Shown: in pieces, positions 49,131-61,592 of the stretch | Position numbering within the stretch: position 1 is the stretch's first letter | Layout: each line of letters opens with the position of its first letter | Assembly: GCA_965601925.1 (NCBI GenBank) | Contig: OZ271854.1 | Coordinates: 320,001-384,000 of the forward strand | Origin: Alkalispirochaeta sp. | GTDB lineage: Bacteria; Spirochaetota; Spirochaetia; DSM-27196; Alkalispirochaetaceae | Reading direction: 5' to 3' | DNA: 64,000 bases | Made by a program: the position numbers and the translations under genes | Notes under the pieces: generated by a model | The model's input: the letters and a program-made list of their open reading frames with translations, nothing else | Told to the model about the DNA's origin: nothing | Databases searched by the model: none

Positions 49131-49824
49131 TCTCGCCGACGGCGCCGGTCGCGGCAACACGTACTCCGACGCCGAATGGCGGTCGCTATTCACGCGTATC
49201 GCGTCCGCCATCGGGTCCGATTACGGCGCAAGCGTCAACCGTATCGCGGAGGGCGATCCGTCGCGCGCTCCCTTCCGGGTATTAGTCTCCACCCTTATAA
49301 GCCTCCGCACGAGAGACGAGGTCACCTTCGAGGCGAGTGAACGGCTCCTGGCCGAGGCCTCCACGCCGAGGGAGCTCGCTACGCTCTCGCGCGAACGTAT
49401 CGAGACGCTTATCTACCCCGCAGGATTCTACCGCAACAAGGCGAAAACGCTGCTCTCGATCGCCTCGATTCTTGAGGAGGCGCATGACGGCTGCGTGCCG
49501 GACACGCTGGACGCGCTTCTTGCTCTTCCGGGAGTCGGCCGAAAAACGGCAAACCTCGTGTTGGGGATCGGATTCGGTATTCCCGCAATATGCGTAGACA
49601 CCCACGTTCACCGCATACCCAACCGGCTCGGCCTGATCGCTACCAAGACTCCCGAGGAGTCCGAACGAGCGCTCACGGCGATTCTACCGAAACGGTACTG
49701 GATCCCCATCAATGAATGGCTGGTCGGCTTTGGGCAGCGCGTGTGTACACCCCAAAGTCCGTGGTGCAGTCGCTGTCCGCTCGCCGGTGAGTGTCGGCAA
49801 GTGGGCGTTACGCGCATGCGATAG
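49105..49824 (+). CDS. nth: Endonuclease III
   Basis: LPGVGRKTANLV, VDTHVHR and the C-X6-C-X2-C-X5-C FeS motif. Confidence 0.93.
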   Translation: MGTTKTGVNLADGAGRGNTYSDAEWRSLFTRIASAIGSDYGASVNRIAEGDPSRAPFRVLVSTLISLRTRDEVTFEASERLLAEASTPRELATLSRERIETLIYPAGFYRNKAKTLLSIASILEEAHDGCVPDTLDALLALPGVGRKTANLVLGIGFGIPAICVDTHVHRIPNRLGLIATKTPEESERALTAILPKRYWIPINEWLVGFGQRVCTPQSPWCSRCPLAGECRQVGVTRMR

Positions 49825-49911
49825 GCCCCGACCACCGCCGGGGTATGACGTCCACGCAACCGGCGAGCAGTGCATCCATACTCCTCGAGGTCGGTATCGC
49901 GATGCCGGCGC

Positions 49912-49945
49912 AAAAAAAGACCTTCGTACAAACGAAGGTCTCTTT
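49912..49945 (-). terminator. Rho-independent terminator of the fusA operon (possibly bidirectional)
   Basis: AGACCTTCGT-ACAA-ACGAAGGTCT 10-bp stem, preceded by an A-tract on the + strand. Confidence 0.85.
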
Positions 49946-50021
49946 CCGGCGCTATGCCGCTCGCCGGTTAAGTAATCGCCACCGCCGACACTCTCCGAAG
50001 GGGCGGTATCGACGTCGCGCC

Positions 50022-50726
50022 CTACTGCTCTTTGATGAGAAGCGTCTTGCTATCCAACTCGAGGTGTAAATCCTCGGTGCGATATTGATCGTGGTCTTTT
50101 ATGAGACGGAGCTTGAGATGGTCGTCCTCGGGTGAGAGCGTGATGATCACCGCGACTTCTTCCTCGAACGGGCTCAGTATCGCGGGGATTCCGTGTTCAT
50201 CGACGGAAGGATCGTCACGGTGTGTCGAGGCGGTAAACCATACGGCAAGTCCATGTTTGACGGCAAACTCACGAATCGCCGTGAGCGTCTCCAACTGCCC
50301 CTTTTCAAAATCGTATCCGTCTATGACCACCACGTCGGCTCGAAAGTTGCCGTCGTCGATAAGCGCGCTGATGCTCCGCAGCAGCTGTTCTCGCGACACG
50401 CCGTCCTGGTTAAAGTTGAGAATAACGCGATTCTTAATGAGTTCGTCGTGAACCTCCATCGCATTCTCGAGGTGTCGCCGCTTGGCGATTTCACCGAAGA
50501 TATCCTCGTACCAGCTGATGATATGGTCGGTACGTCCGGAAAACGAAACGTGGATGACGTGCTTGTCCTGAAAGAGTTGATCGGTTGCGATGTGTACGAG
50601 ACACGCGGTCTTACCGGTGCCTTTGCGAGCCGCAATAATACCGACGCGACCCTTGCCGACGCCCCCGTGGATCGATTTCTCAAGCAGCCGGAGTGGGCTG
50701 CGCTTGATAAGCTCCTCTTTTACCAT
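50022..50726 (-). CDS. RecA/KaiC-like P-loop ATPase of unknown function
   Basis: Walker A-like ARKGTGKT and Walker B VVVIDG; 11 nt downstream of fusA. Confidence 0.7.
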   Translation of the reverse strand: MVKEELIKRSPLRLLEKSIHGGVGKGRVGIIAARKGTGKTACLVHIATDQLFQDKHVIHVSFSGRTDHIISWYEDIFGEIAKRRHLENAMEVHDELIKNRVILNFNQDGVSREQLLRSISALIDDGNFRADVVVIDGYDFEKGQLETLTAIREFAVKHGLAVWFTASTHRDDPSVDEHGIPAILSPFEEEVAVIITLSPEDDHLKLRLIKDHDQYRTEDLHLELDSKTLLIKEQ

Positions 50727-50737
50727 ACTGCGACTCC

Positions 50738-52825
<2,088 letters not shown>

Positions 52826-52986
52826 ATGTCTTCGTCCTTGTTATAAGAAACCGGTGCGTTATTGCCCGTATGCGTCGGGCAACTATATAGAGAGTAACGA
52901 TTTCCTTCAATACCCGACATTACAAGCCGGGGTCGACCGCCGACTACGCGTAGCCGAGTACGCGCATCGGGTCCGGTGGGCGCGTT

Positions 52987-53913
52987 CTATTCATAGTCGT
53001 TGAAATAGAACGCATAGATAGCCTGCACGTGGCGCCTGCTCAGTCGCGCCGCATCGCTCGGGAGTTCGTCATTGACGCGGCTTAAGGCCTCGGAGGCCGG
53101 GAGGTTCGGTTCGGCAATGCGCAACTCCACGACCCTGACGACCGTCTCGGGATCGACTTCGCTGATGCCGCCGAATGCGCCGCGCGAGGCGAGTACAACC
53201 GCACCCTGGCGCATCGTCTCGAACTGTTCTGTCAGGGCGACCACCTCGGCGATCAATCGATTTTCGAGGTCGGCCATGGCGTCCGCGTTGCGAGATACTT
53301 CGAGATTCAACTGGCCCTGTAGGTCGTCGATGAGACTCTGTTGCTCGTCCAGACGAACGGCGAGAAACTGCGGGTCCTGACTGAGGATGTACGCCGCCGG
53401 ATTATCTACGGCGCGTACGATTCGCTCGAAGAACTGCTCATTGGTAAAAAATTGTCCGTTGATCCTCACCGCAAGGTTGTCTATCAACATGCGAAAATCG
53501 TAGGCAACGCCGTCCTGAAACAAGAACTGCATTCCCGACGGCATGTAGGCCACGTAGTCGTCCCCTTCGATAACGAACTCGGAGGGTATGACGACCGCAT
53601 TTGCACGATCGCGATCGAACACGATTCGTAGGCGCTGTATCGTAAGGCCGTCGAGGGCGTAGATCACACTCCGTAACTCACCGATCGCCCGCACACGCGC
53701 CTGGGAGAGAGAACCGATCAGACTGATCGAGAAAGGTCTGCCCTGGTCGTCGACGACGTCCCACGTGGGGAGACCCGACTCGGTTCTGGACTCTACGACT
53801 CGGTATCCCGCATCTTCGAGGGTGGAAGCGGTGGCGTCGTCGGCTTGACCGAAGACCAATGAACTTGCACCTATCAACAACAAAAGGGTTCCGAAAAACA
53901 TTTTGCGATGCAT
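52987..53913 (-). CDS. Hypothetical exported protein
   Basis: Signal peptide and a coiled-coil segment; third gene of the cyclase operon. Confidence 0.6.
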   Translation of the reverse strand: MHRKMFFGTLLLLIGASSLVFGQADDATASTLEDAGYRVVESRTESGLPTWDVVDDQGRPFSISLIGSLSQARVRAIGELRSVIYALDGLTIQRLRIVFDRDRANAVVIPSEFVIEGDDYVAYMPSGMQFLFQDGVAYDFRMLIDNLAVRINGQFFTNEQFFERIVRAVDNPAAYILSQDPQFLAVRLDEQQSLIDDLQGQLNLEVSRNADAMADLENRLIAEVVALTEQFETMRQGAVVLASRGAFGGISEVDPETVVRVVELRIAEPNLPASEALSRVNDELPSDAARLSRRHVQAIYAFYFNDYE

Positions 53914-53929
53914 CTTTTTCTCCTGCTTC

Positions 53930-55372
53930 CTACTCCGCCTCGATCAACACACGGTCAAAAGCGTGCACCTGCATATCCTCTACCGTCTCCTCGACGCGGG
54001 CGATTAATCGTCCGTCCTCACCGGCAAAGAAGCGGATCGTGCCGATATATTCGTCGTCGCGGCGAAAGACGTACCCGATCGATCCGTCGATGACGGTGTG
54101 AATTCGATTGATGTACACGACAACCCGTTCCGGGTCCCGCGGATCGAGAATATATCCGATATCGCCGTTGATCTGGCTGAACTCGTCCAGTGCGTAGATA
54201 AACTCGGCTATGTGCGTCTCTTGCTCGTCGATCGTTCGGTTGCGCTCCACGACGACGCCCTCCAAACCGGTTCGTACTTCATCAAAGCCGGCGGCGATAT
54301 CACGCGTACGGCGATCGAGCTGCTCCAAGGCGGCGGGAATCGAGTTTTCGAAGGGTATGCGCTGAAGGCGCTCGAGAATCGCCTCGACGCCCTGATACTG
54401 ATCCACGAGCGCGGCGTAGCGCGTCGGCCCCATGAGCCCCTCCTGCTCGAGGAGCTCCGAGTAGGGAGAGAGGCCGGCGAAGCGGGCGGCGTTCTCGGTC
54501 TCGGGCCGTCCCAACAGGGGGCCTACCGCCTCTTCTTCGAGTTGCGGATTGAAGCGGAGGATGAGTCCGGCTATTTCTCCGGCGTGACGCTGCCTGATCG
54601 TACGTTCGAACTCGCGTTGATGGGACTCCAGTTGCGTGATCTCGGACTCGTACGAGGCGGTGAGGCGCGCGATCTGATCTTCGTACTGCCGGCGCACCCC
54701 ATCGATTTCGAGCTCGAACACTTGCCGCTCGCTATTGAGTCTCTCTTCCTGCTGCCGCGCTAACTCGAGTTGGCGGCTGTCATACTCGGCGATCTCGGCT
54801 TCGAGCGTCGCAATACGCGCTTCGATCTCCGCGATCCTCGGTTCGTACTCGCCGTTGAGACTTGCGATCTCGCTATCGGCTTGGGAGCGCAACACGGACG
54901 CCCGGTTGTTCCGCTCGGCGACGCTCAGGTTCTGGTCGGCGAGAAGCCCGATGTTGCGATCACGAGCCCGTTCTACCTGACCGATCCTGGTGGCGAGCTC
55001 CTGCCGCACTTGCTCCAGCTCGCGCTCGGCGGCCTCCAATTGATTTTGAAGACGCTGCGCTTCATCGAGGATGTCGCGCAGGTTCACGTCGGCAAAGTCC
55101 TGAATGTTGATCTGGATCGCGCGACTTGAGCTCTGAATGTAGCGCGTTATACCGACGAGCAGAACCGAGAAAACGGCGACCAAAACGACGATGACCGCCG
55201 GCACCAGTATACTTCTGTTGCGTTTTGTCTTGGCGAACTCCGCCGGGAGATCGTACTGCTGTTGTTTCCGCTTGAACTCATTGATGACCTCCCTGAGGAA
55301 GACCATCTTACTGCGCTCGACGAGATCGGTTACCGGCGGAGCCTGTTGATCTATTTCTCTTTCATTGTCCAT
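53930..55372 (-). CDS. Hypothetical single-TM long coiled-coil protein
   Basis: One TM helix (ILVPAVIVVLVAVFSVLLVGI) followed by extended heptads; start overlaps the end of the cyclase gene. Confidence 0.65.
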   Translation of the reverse strand: MDNEREIDQQAPPVTDLVERSKMVFLREVINEFKRKQQQYDLPAEFAKTKRNRSILVPAVIVVLVAVFSVLLVGITRYIQSSSRAIQINIQDFADVNLRDILDEAQRLQNQLEAAERELEQVRQELATRIGQVERARDRNIGLLADQNLSVAERNNRASVLRSQADSEIASLNGEYEPRIAEIEARIATLEAEIAEYDSRQLELARQQEERLNSERQVFELEIDGVRRQYEDQIARLTASYESEITQLESHQREFERTIRQRHAGEIAGLILRFNPQLEEEAVGPLLGRPETENAARFAGLSPYSELLEQEGLMGPTRYAALVDQYQGVEAILERLQRIPFENSIPAALEQLDRRTRDIAAGFDEVRTGLEGVVVERNRTIDEQETHIAEFIYALDEFSQINGDIGYILDPRDPERVVVYINRIHTVIDGSIGYVFRRDDEYIGTIRFFAGEDGRLIARVEETVEDMQVHAFDRVLIEAE

Positions 55373-57075
55373 ACGCCGTTCCAATCTGCCGGTGCTTCTC
55401 TATCTTTGATGCGATTTCGGAACAACCCGGCGGCGGCGAGAGAGCACCGCTCAAAGTGAGGAAGTGCCTCGGGCCACTCCCCGCGATAGTAGAGGTGGAG
55501 CCCCTGCTTGTACTCCTCTACATCGGACTTCAGTTGGTCGTCGACTTGATCCTTCGGAATCGGCCAAAAGATCTTTTTACCCTTCGTTTTGCCCTTCACC
55601 TGCACCAAGTCGAGCTCCATGAACTCGAACTCCCCGCTATGGGCGGCGACCTCGTCTTTGACGTACTCGGAACAGATCACCGGCGAACGATAGAACCGCG
55701 TCAGCCCCTCCAGACGGGAGGCGCTGTTGACATTGTCGCCGATGACGGTGTTGACCATACGCTCGTAACTTCCGATATTGCCGTAAAATACCTGGCCGCC
55801 GTCGATACCGACACCGACCTCCAGGAGCACCGCCTTGTAGACGTTCTCCTCCTCGTCGGTGAGGCTCCCTCGCTGTTTAATGATCTGCTCGCGCCTGTCG
55901 TGCATCTCCGAGCGCAGGTTCGCCGCGACGTCGTGAATTCGGTAGGCTGCGCGCACCGACTGGACGCTCTTGTTCACCCCGTCGTCCTCGACGGTACCGA
56001 ATACCGCGAGCAGCGCGTCGCCGATGATGGAACCGATATCGCCGTTGTGGGTGTGAATGTGGCTGATAGCCTGATCGTAGTGGAGGTTGAGCAACTTGAT
56101 GATATCGGTACCCAACGTCTCGGTCATGAAGGTAAAGCTCTTAATATCGGTGAAGAGGATCGTCAGATCGCGTTTCGCGCCCTCGAGCCGTATTTCGCGC
56201 TCTTGATACGCCTTGGCGGCGACATCTCGAGCGACGAACTTCTTGAAGATATTGAGCAGGTTGTCGATCGTATTGGCGAGGGAGTTGAACGCAAAGCCGA
56301 GATAGGTCACGTCGTCGTTGGGCGCGCCCTTGAGATCGAGGAGCGACAACGACTGATCGCCCTGCATGCGCATGATGTTGTCGGTGATCTGTCTGACGAA
56401 CCGGAGAATAAACCGGAGTAACAGAATACCGACGACGGCAAAAATGATGGTAATGCCGATAATGATCAGGGATACATTGCGAAAGATGGCAACGGAGTCG
56501 GAGTAAAACTCCTCGAGCTCCTCGGCGCGAATCTGAAAGACCTCCCAGTTTCGGTTGTATTTGTAGACCCCGAAGTAGTCGAACCCTTGAAACTCGAAGT
56601 TGATCGTTCCCTCTTCCACGCCGTCGTCGACGAGGGCGGTGCGCATCTGTTCGAGCGCGTCGGTGTCGGGGAACGACGTCGCCCGCGTCATGTCGCCGGC
56701 CTGCAACATCATCGAGCCGTCCTGATAGACGCCCATCGTTACCGCGCGGTTGCCCCGGTGGTTACGGGCCGCCGCCTGCTCGATGTTCGAGACGGCCGAC
56801 TCCATATCGGCGTTGAAATTGAAGATTTCGTGTTGGTTGTTCGCAAAGACGTGCATCTCCCGCAGATCCTTGACGAGGATTTGGTTGAGAAGCTGGATCT
56901 GTTCTCCCTGGTTCAACATGAGATTGATGTAATTGGTCATGAAGTTAGAGACCAGGAGGAAGATGGAGAAAATGATGACGATCTTCAAGATTAATGGCAC
57001 GACGCGCGTGCCATTCACTTTTTGCCCCAATACTCGGGATAATGGATCTGCCATAGACTCGTCTAATATACCCAA
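55351..57075 (-). CDS. Class III adenylate/guanylate cyclase, membrane-bound
   Basis: Two TM helices and a HAMP-like linker; FTDIKSFT, IIGDA and TVIGDNVNSASRLE motifs. Confidence 0.92.
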   Translation of the reverse strand: MGILDESMADPLSRVLGQKVNGTRVVPLILKIVIIFSIFLLVSNFMTNYINLMLNQGEQIQLLNQILVKDLREMHVFANNQHEIFNFNADMESAVSNIEQAAARNHRGNRAVTMGVYQDGSMMLQAGDMTRATSFPDTDALEQMRTALVDDGVEEGTINFEFQGFDYFGVYKYNRNWEVFQIRAEELEEFYSDSVAIFRNVSLIIIGITIIFAVVGILLLRFILRFVRQITDNIMRMQGDQSLSLLDLKGAPNDDVTYLGFAFNSLANTIDNLLNIFKKFVARDVAAKAYQEREIRLEGAKRDLTILFTDIKSFTFMTETLGTDIIKLLNLHYDQAISHIHTHNGDIGSIIGDALLAVFGTVEDDGVNKSVQSVRAAYRIHDVAANLRSEMHDRREQIIKQRGSLTDEEENVYKAVLLEVGVGIDGGQVFYGNIGSYERMVNTVIGDNVNSASRLEGLTRFYRSPVICSEYVKDEVAAHSGEFEFMELDLVQVKGKTKGKKIFWPIPKDQVDDQLKSDVEEYKQGLHLYYRGEWPEALPHFERCSLAAAGLFRNRIKDREAPADWNGVWTMKEK

Positions 57076-57172
57076 TATTCCTTCATAGCGAAAGGAAAGA
57101 CGAAATATTTTCGTCGATCTTTCTCACGTATGTGAGTAGGGCACACCGATCACACGGGGGCTTCTCCCCGCT

Positions 57173-57823
57173 TTACGTCTCCCGGATGTCGATGACTTCG
57201 ACGATATGCTTCTTAACCGATGAAAGGAACGTTTCCCGATCCATATCCGTGACCTTCATGATGCACACGGCGTTGGTCGGCTTGTCCCCGGGCCAGGTGC
57301 CGATCGATACGATGTTGCCCCCGTGGTCGGCTACGTCCTGCCCGAGCTTTGCGATCTCGCCACGCTCCTCCGGTATACGGAGGGTAGCTCGCAAGCCCTT
57401 CTCGCGCGTACCGAATAGATCGATAAAGAGGCGAAATATGTCCGACTCGGTCACGATTCCCACCGGATAGCCCTCGTCGTCGACGACCGGCAGACATCCG
57501 ATATCGTTGTCGACCATTTTACGCGCCGCGTCCTCTACGAGTTCGTCCGTCTTCGCGGTAAGGACGTCTTTGGTCATTACCTTTTTGATCGTGAGCTTTG
57601 CCAGAAGCCGCGTCATTTCATACACATCGAGTGTCGATGCGGGCGACGGTGAGGCGTAGATGAGATCTTTCTCGCTCGCAATACCGACGAGTTTCTTCGT
57701 GTGCTCGTCCACGACCGGAAGGTGGTGTATACGCTCACGTCTCATTGTGTCCTGGGCATCGGTAACGGGAGTACCGGGATGGACCGTGTAGAGGTTGGCG
57801 CTCATTATTTTGTGTACCAGCAT
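57173..57823 (-). CDS. CBS-pair plus ACT domain protein (AcuB-like)
   Basis: HHLPVVD, ASPSPASTL and GIVTESD motifs; C-terminal ACT domain. Confidence 0.85.
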   Translation of the reverse strand: MLVHKIMSANLYTVHPGTPVTDAQDTMRRERIHHLPVVDEHTKKLVGIASEKDLIYASPSPASTLDVYEMTRLLAKLTIKKVMTKDVLTAKTDELVEDAARKMVDNDIGCLPVVDDEGYPVGIVTESDIFRLFIDLFGTREKGLRATLRIPEERGEIAKLGQDVADHGGNIVSIGTWPGDKPTNAVCIMKVTDMDRETFLSSVKKHIVEVIDIRET

Positions 57824-57846
57824 AGTTGTACCTCCTTATGACGCGA

Positions 57847-58554
57847 TTATACGCCGAGATACGCCTTCTTGACCTCCTCGTCGTTAAGGAGGTTTGCCGC
57901 GGTATCGGCAAGGGTAATGCGCCCGTTCTCCATGACGTAGCCGCGGTGGGCGACTTTGAGCGCTTGATTGGCGTTTTGCTCGACGAGAAAGATCGTCGTT
58001 CCGTTTTCGCTGTTGATCTGCGAGATGATCTCGAATATTCGTTGGACGATGAGCGGCGCGAGACCGAGGCTCGGTTCGTCGAGGAGCAGGAGCGTCGGTC
58101 TGGCCATGAGCGCGCGCGATATGGCGAGCATCTGTTGTTCGCCGCCGGAGAGCGTCCCACCGGCCTGGCCGCGCCGTTCGGCGAGAATCGGAAAGAGTTC
58201 GTACACGTACTCCAGATCGCGCTTGATTCCCTCTCTGTCGCGTCTGAGAAGCGCTCCCATGTCGAGATTTTCGCGGACCGTTAGGTGAGGAAATATCCTC
58301 CGCCCCTCCGGCACCTGGGAGATGCCGCGTCCGACGATGCGATCCGGATCCATACCGGTGATGGAGTCGCCCTCAAAGACGATATCCCCCTCCTTGGGCG
58401 GTACGACGCCGCAAATCGACATGAGGGTCGTCGACTTACCGGCGCCGTTTGCACCGATAAGGGTGATAATCTCGCCGCGATTGATGAGGAGATCGATCCC
58501 TTTGAGCGCCTGAATGTTGCCGTAGTAGGTGCGCACGGATTTGAGTTCAAGCAT
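57847..58554 (-). CDS. livF: Branched-chain amino acid ABC transporter ATP-binding protein
   Basis: GANGAGKST, LSGGEQQM and DEPSLGLAP motifs. Confidence 0.93.
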   Translation of the reverse strand: MLELKSVRTYYGNIQALKGIDLLINRGEIITLIGANGAGKSTTLMSICGVVPPKEGDIVFEGDSITGMDPDRIVGRGISQVPEGRRIFPHLTVRENLDMGALLRRDREGIKRDLEYVYELFPILAERRGQAGGTLSGGEQQMLAISRALMARPTLLLLDEPSLGLAPLIVQRIFEIISQINSENGTTIFLVEQNANQALKVAHRGYVMENGRITLADTAANLLNDEEVKKAYLGV

Positions 58555-59338
58555 CGACTTCTTCTCCCAGATACGCTTTGATCACCTCGGGATTGTTCTT
58601 GACCTCGTACGGCTCACCCGTTGCGATCAACTTCCCGTAGTCCATCACGTAGATGCGCTCGGACAACGACATGACCAAGCTCATATCGTGCTCGATAAGA
58701 AAGATCGAGACCCGCTCGGTGTCGCGGATCTGTTTGATCAGCTGCTCGAGCTCCTTCGTCTCCTGAGGATTCATCCCCGCCGCCGGCTCGTCGAGGAGCA
58801 GGAGAAAGGGCTCGGTGGCCAACGCGCGCGCGATCTCGAGGCGCCGTTGCGCTCCGTAGGGAAGATTGCGCGCCAACTCATTCACGAACGCCTCCAAGCC
58901 CAACCGTTTAAGGATCGCGTAGCTGTCGTGAATGACGCGCTCTTCTTCCTCGCGGGTACGACGATCCCGTAGGACCGCGCCGAGAATGCCCGACTTGAGG
59001 CGCCCGTGGCGACCGATCATCACATTCTCCAAAACGGTCATGGCGCCGAACAGGCGAATGTTCTGAAACGTCCGGGCGAGCCCTTTGTGGGTGATCGAGC
59101 TCGGCCGAAGTCCCTTTATCGACTCCTGGATACCGTCGGCGGGCATGATGAACACGTCGCCGCCGGTGGGTGTGTAGACGCCGGTCACACAGTTGAAGAA
59201 CGTCGTCTTTCCCGCGCCGTTGGGACCGATGAGGGCGATGATCTCATTCTCCTCCATCGTCACCGTCACGTTATTGACCGCCCGCAAGCCGCCGAAATCC
59301 ATCGTCATCTCGCGGACGCTGAGAATCTGACGGCTCAT
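58547..59338 (-). CDS. livG: Branched-chain amino acid ABC transporter ATP-binding protein
   Basis: GPNGAGKTT, LPYGAQRRLE and DEPAAGMN motifs; start refined to ATG 59338. Confidence 0.93.
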   Translation of the reverse strand: MSRQILSVREMTMDFGGLRAVNNVTVTMEENEIIALIGPNGAGKTTFFNCVTGVYTPTGGDVFIMPADGIQESIKGLRPSSITHKGLARTFQNIRLFGAMTVLENVMIGRHGRLKSGILGAVLRDRRTREEEERVIHDSYAILKRLGLEAFVNELARNLPYGAQRRLEIARALATEPFLLLLDEPAAGMNPQETKELEQLIKQIRDTERVSIFLIEHDMSLVMSLSERIYVMDYGKLIATGEPYEVKNNPEVIKAYLGEEVDA

Positions 59339-60606
59339 GAGACCACCTCTTTCTCTACGGGAAAGGTGTACGCTTTGCGTTTTTTGCGAATCAAGCCTTC
59401 GGGGCGAAAGACCATCATGAGGATCAGGATCGCTCCGAACATGAGCATACGATAGTCGGAAAAGGCGCGCAGATACTCGGGGATGAGAATCAATCCCAGG
59501 GCTCCGATAATCGAGCCGGGGATGGAACCCATGCCGCCGAGCACGACGCAACACAGCACGATGACCGACTGCCACACGGTGAAACTGGCGGGGTTGATGA
59601 AGGTGGTGCGCGAAGCGAAGATGACACCGCCCATACCGGCCCAGAACGACCCCATGGCAAAGGCGATCACCTTGAGACGCGTAATATTGATGCCCATCGC
59701 CTCGGCCGCGATGTCGTCCTCGCCCATCGCTACCAGGGCGCGCCCCAGCCTCGAGTGCTCGAATCGCCACACGACGAAGATCGTCAGGATCACCGCGACA
59801 ACGATGATGTAGTAGGTATAGGTCGTCGCGGTCGACAGGTTCATACTCAGGCCGAAGAAGGTCGGACGCGGAATACCGCCGATACCTTGGGGACCGCCGG
59901 TAATATCGGTCATGTTGTTGAAGACGATACGGACGATCTCGCCGAATCCCAGCGTCACGATCGCCAGATAGTCGCCTCGCAACCGTAACACCGGCAACGC
60001 CAACAGGATGCCGGCCACCGTAGCCAGAATCGTGCCGATCGGCAGGGCGACCCAGAATCCGACGCCGAAGAAGCGGTTCAGGATACCGTAGGTGTAGGCG
60101 CCGACGGCGTAGAAGGCGATATATCCGAGATGCAACATCCCGCCCAAGCCGATAACAATATTGAGGCCCAGGGCGAGCATCACGTAGATCAGGGCGGTAA
60201 TCATGATGTTGGTCTGATAGAGCGAGGAGACCAGCGGAAAGACGATGGCGATAACCAACAGCAAACCGTAAACAACAGAGCGATACCGCGGCTGCATGGC
60301 GAGTTCGCGCCACGCACCGATGCGCGCCCCGAGCGCTCTTACCGTCGCGGTGACCGCGACGCCGCTCCCTCCGTCACCGGTGCTCGTCCCGCCCTTTGCG
60401 CGGCGCACTTTTGCCGAACGTCTGGACTCGATTAGATGGTGCAACACGACACCGACGGCGGCGGCGGCGGCGACGTAGAGCATATTGTGCCAGCGCCATA
60501 TCACCGTGTTATCGACCGTATTGATTCGGATTACCATGATCGGAAAGGTGAGAAAGACGAGCCACAACGACATAAAGACGGACCGTTTCAACAGTTGTAT
60601 GGTCAT
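59335..60606 (-). CDS. livM: Branched-chain amino acid ABC transporter permease
   Basis: LRLRGDYLAIVTLGFGEI motif. Confidence 0.93.
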   Translation of the reverse strand: MTIQLLKRSVFMSLWLVFLTFPIMVIRINTVDNTVIWRWHNMLYVAAAAAVGVVLHHLIESRRSAKVRRAKGGTSTGDGGSGVAVTATVRALGARIGAWRELAMQPRYRSVVYGLLLVIAIVFPLVSSLYQTNIMITALIYVMLALGLNIVIGLGGMLHLGYIAFYAVGAYTYGILNRFFGVGFWVALPIGTILATVAGILLALPVLRLRGDYLAIVTLGFGEIVRIVFNNMTDITGGPQGIGGIPRPTFFGLSMNLSTATTYTYYIIVVAVILTIFVVWRFEHSRLGRALVAMGEDDIAAEAMGINITRLKVIAFAMGSFWAGMGGVIFASRTTFINPASFTVWQSVIVLCCVVLGGMGSIPGSIIGALGLILIPEYLRAFSDYRMLMFGAILILMMVFRPEGLIRKKRKAYTFPVEKEVVS

Positions 60607-60612
60607 GGCGAT

Positions 60613-61521
60613 CTACACTTTCTGCACTTCCGGCTTACCGAGTAGACCGGACGGTTTGAAGATGAGAATGAACACGAGAATCAAAAAGGCAAACACGTCC
60701 TCGTACACGCTGGAAATGTAGCCGGCGGCGTACGCCTCGGCCATGCCGAGCACCAGACTGCCGAGGACCGCGCCGGGTATGCTACCGATACCGCCGAGCA
60801 CCGCCGCGACGAACGCTTTGATCCCGGCGACAAACCCGATATAGAAATTGATCTGGCCGATGAAGGAGCTGATAAGAATACCACCTAGCGCAGCGGTGAA
60901 ACTCCCGATGACGAAGGTCCAGCTGATGACGCGATTGACGTTGATTCCCACGAGGGTCGCCATCGTGCGGTCCTGACTGGTGGCACGCATCGACTTCCCC
61001 ATGCGGGTGAACTTGATCAATACCGTTAATACGATCATCACGACCGCCGTCGTCATGAAGATGAAGATCTGCGGTGCGGTAACGATGCCCTGGAGCCCTC
61101 TCGGGATGGGTACATCGGGCAGCAGGGCCGGAAAGGGGAGAAAGTTGGGTGTCTGCGCCAACAGAACGTAGTTCTGAAGAAAGAGCGACATTCCGATGGC
61201 GCCGATCAGTACCGAGAGACGCGGTGCGCGACGCAAAGGCTTATAGGCCAGTTTTTCTACCGTGTATCCGTACGCGGACGAGTAGACCAGGGCGACGAGG
61301 CTCGCTAAAACGAGAATAGCGAGAATCGGCATCCCCATGATCGAAAAGAGGCCCGACATAATAAGGGCGATAAAGGCCCCGATCATGTAGATCTCGCCGT
61401 GGGCGAAGTTGATCAGCTTGATGATTCCGTAGACCATCGTATAGCCGAGGGCGAGGAGCGCGTAAATACTGCCCCTCGTGAGCCCGCTGAAAAAGAGGCG
61501 AAAGAAATATTCAAAGTCCAT
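60613..61521 (-). CDS. livH: Branched-chain amino acid ABC transporter permease
   Basis: ALGYTMVYGI..LINFAHGE motif. Confidence 0.93.
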   Translation of the reverse strand: MDFEYFFRLFFSGLTRGSIYALLALGYTMVYGIIKLINFAHGEIYMIGAFIALIMSGLFSIMGMPILAILVLASLVALVYSSAYGYTVEKLAYKPLRRAPRLSVLIGAIGMSLFLQNYVLLAQTPNFLPFPALLPDVPIPRGLQGIVTAPQIFIFMTTAVVMIVLTVLIKFTRMGKSMRATSQDRTMATLVGINVNRVISWTFVIGSFTAALGGILISSFIGQINFYIGFVAGIKAFVAAVLGGIGSIPGAVLGSLVLGMAEAYAAGYISSVYEDVFAFLILVFILIFKPSGLLGKPEVQKV

Positions 61522-61552
61522 GATGGTTGGTGTGCATGTAGTAGGAAGATGG

Positions 61553-61573
61553 GGCGGGCCCTCGGGGCCCGCC
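61553..61573. other. Intra-operonic GC stem-loop between livK and livH
   Basis: GGCGGGCCC-TCG-GGGCCCGCC. Confidence 0.6.
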
Positions 61574-61592
61574 TACAATCCATTTTTGAATG

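Noticed and set aside
58547..60313. 588-aa ORF suggesting a large LivG fusion
   Set aside because: The N-terminal extension is an alternative frame of livM; the real start is ATG 59338, coupled to the livM stop.
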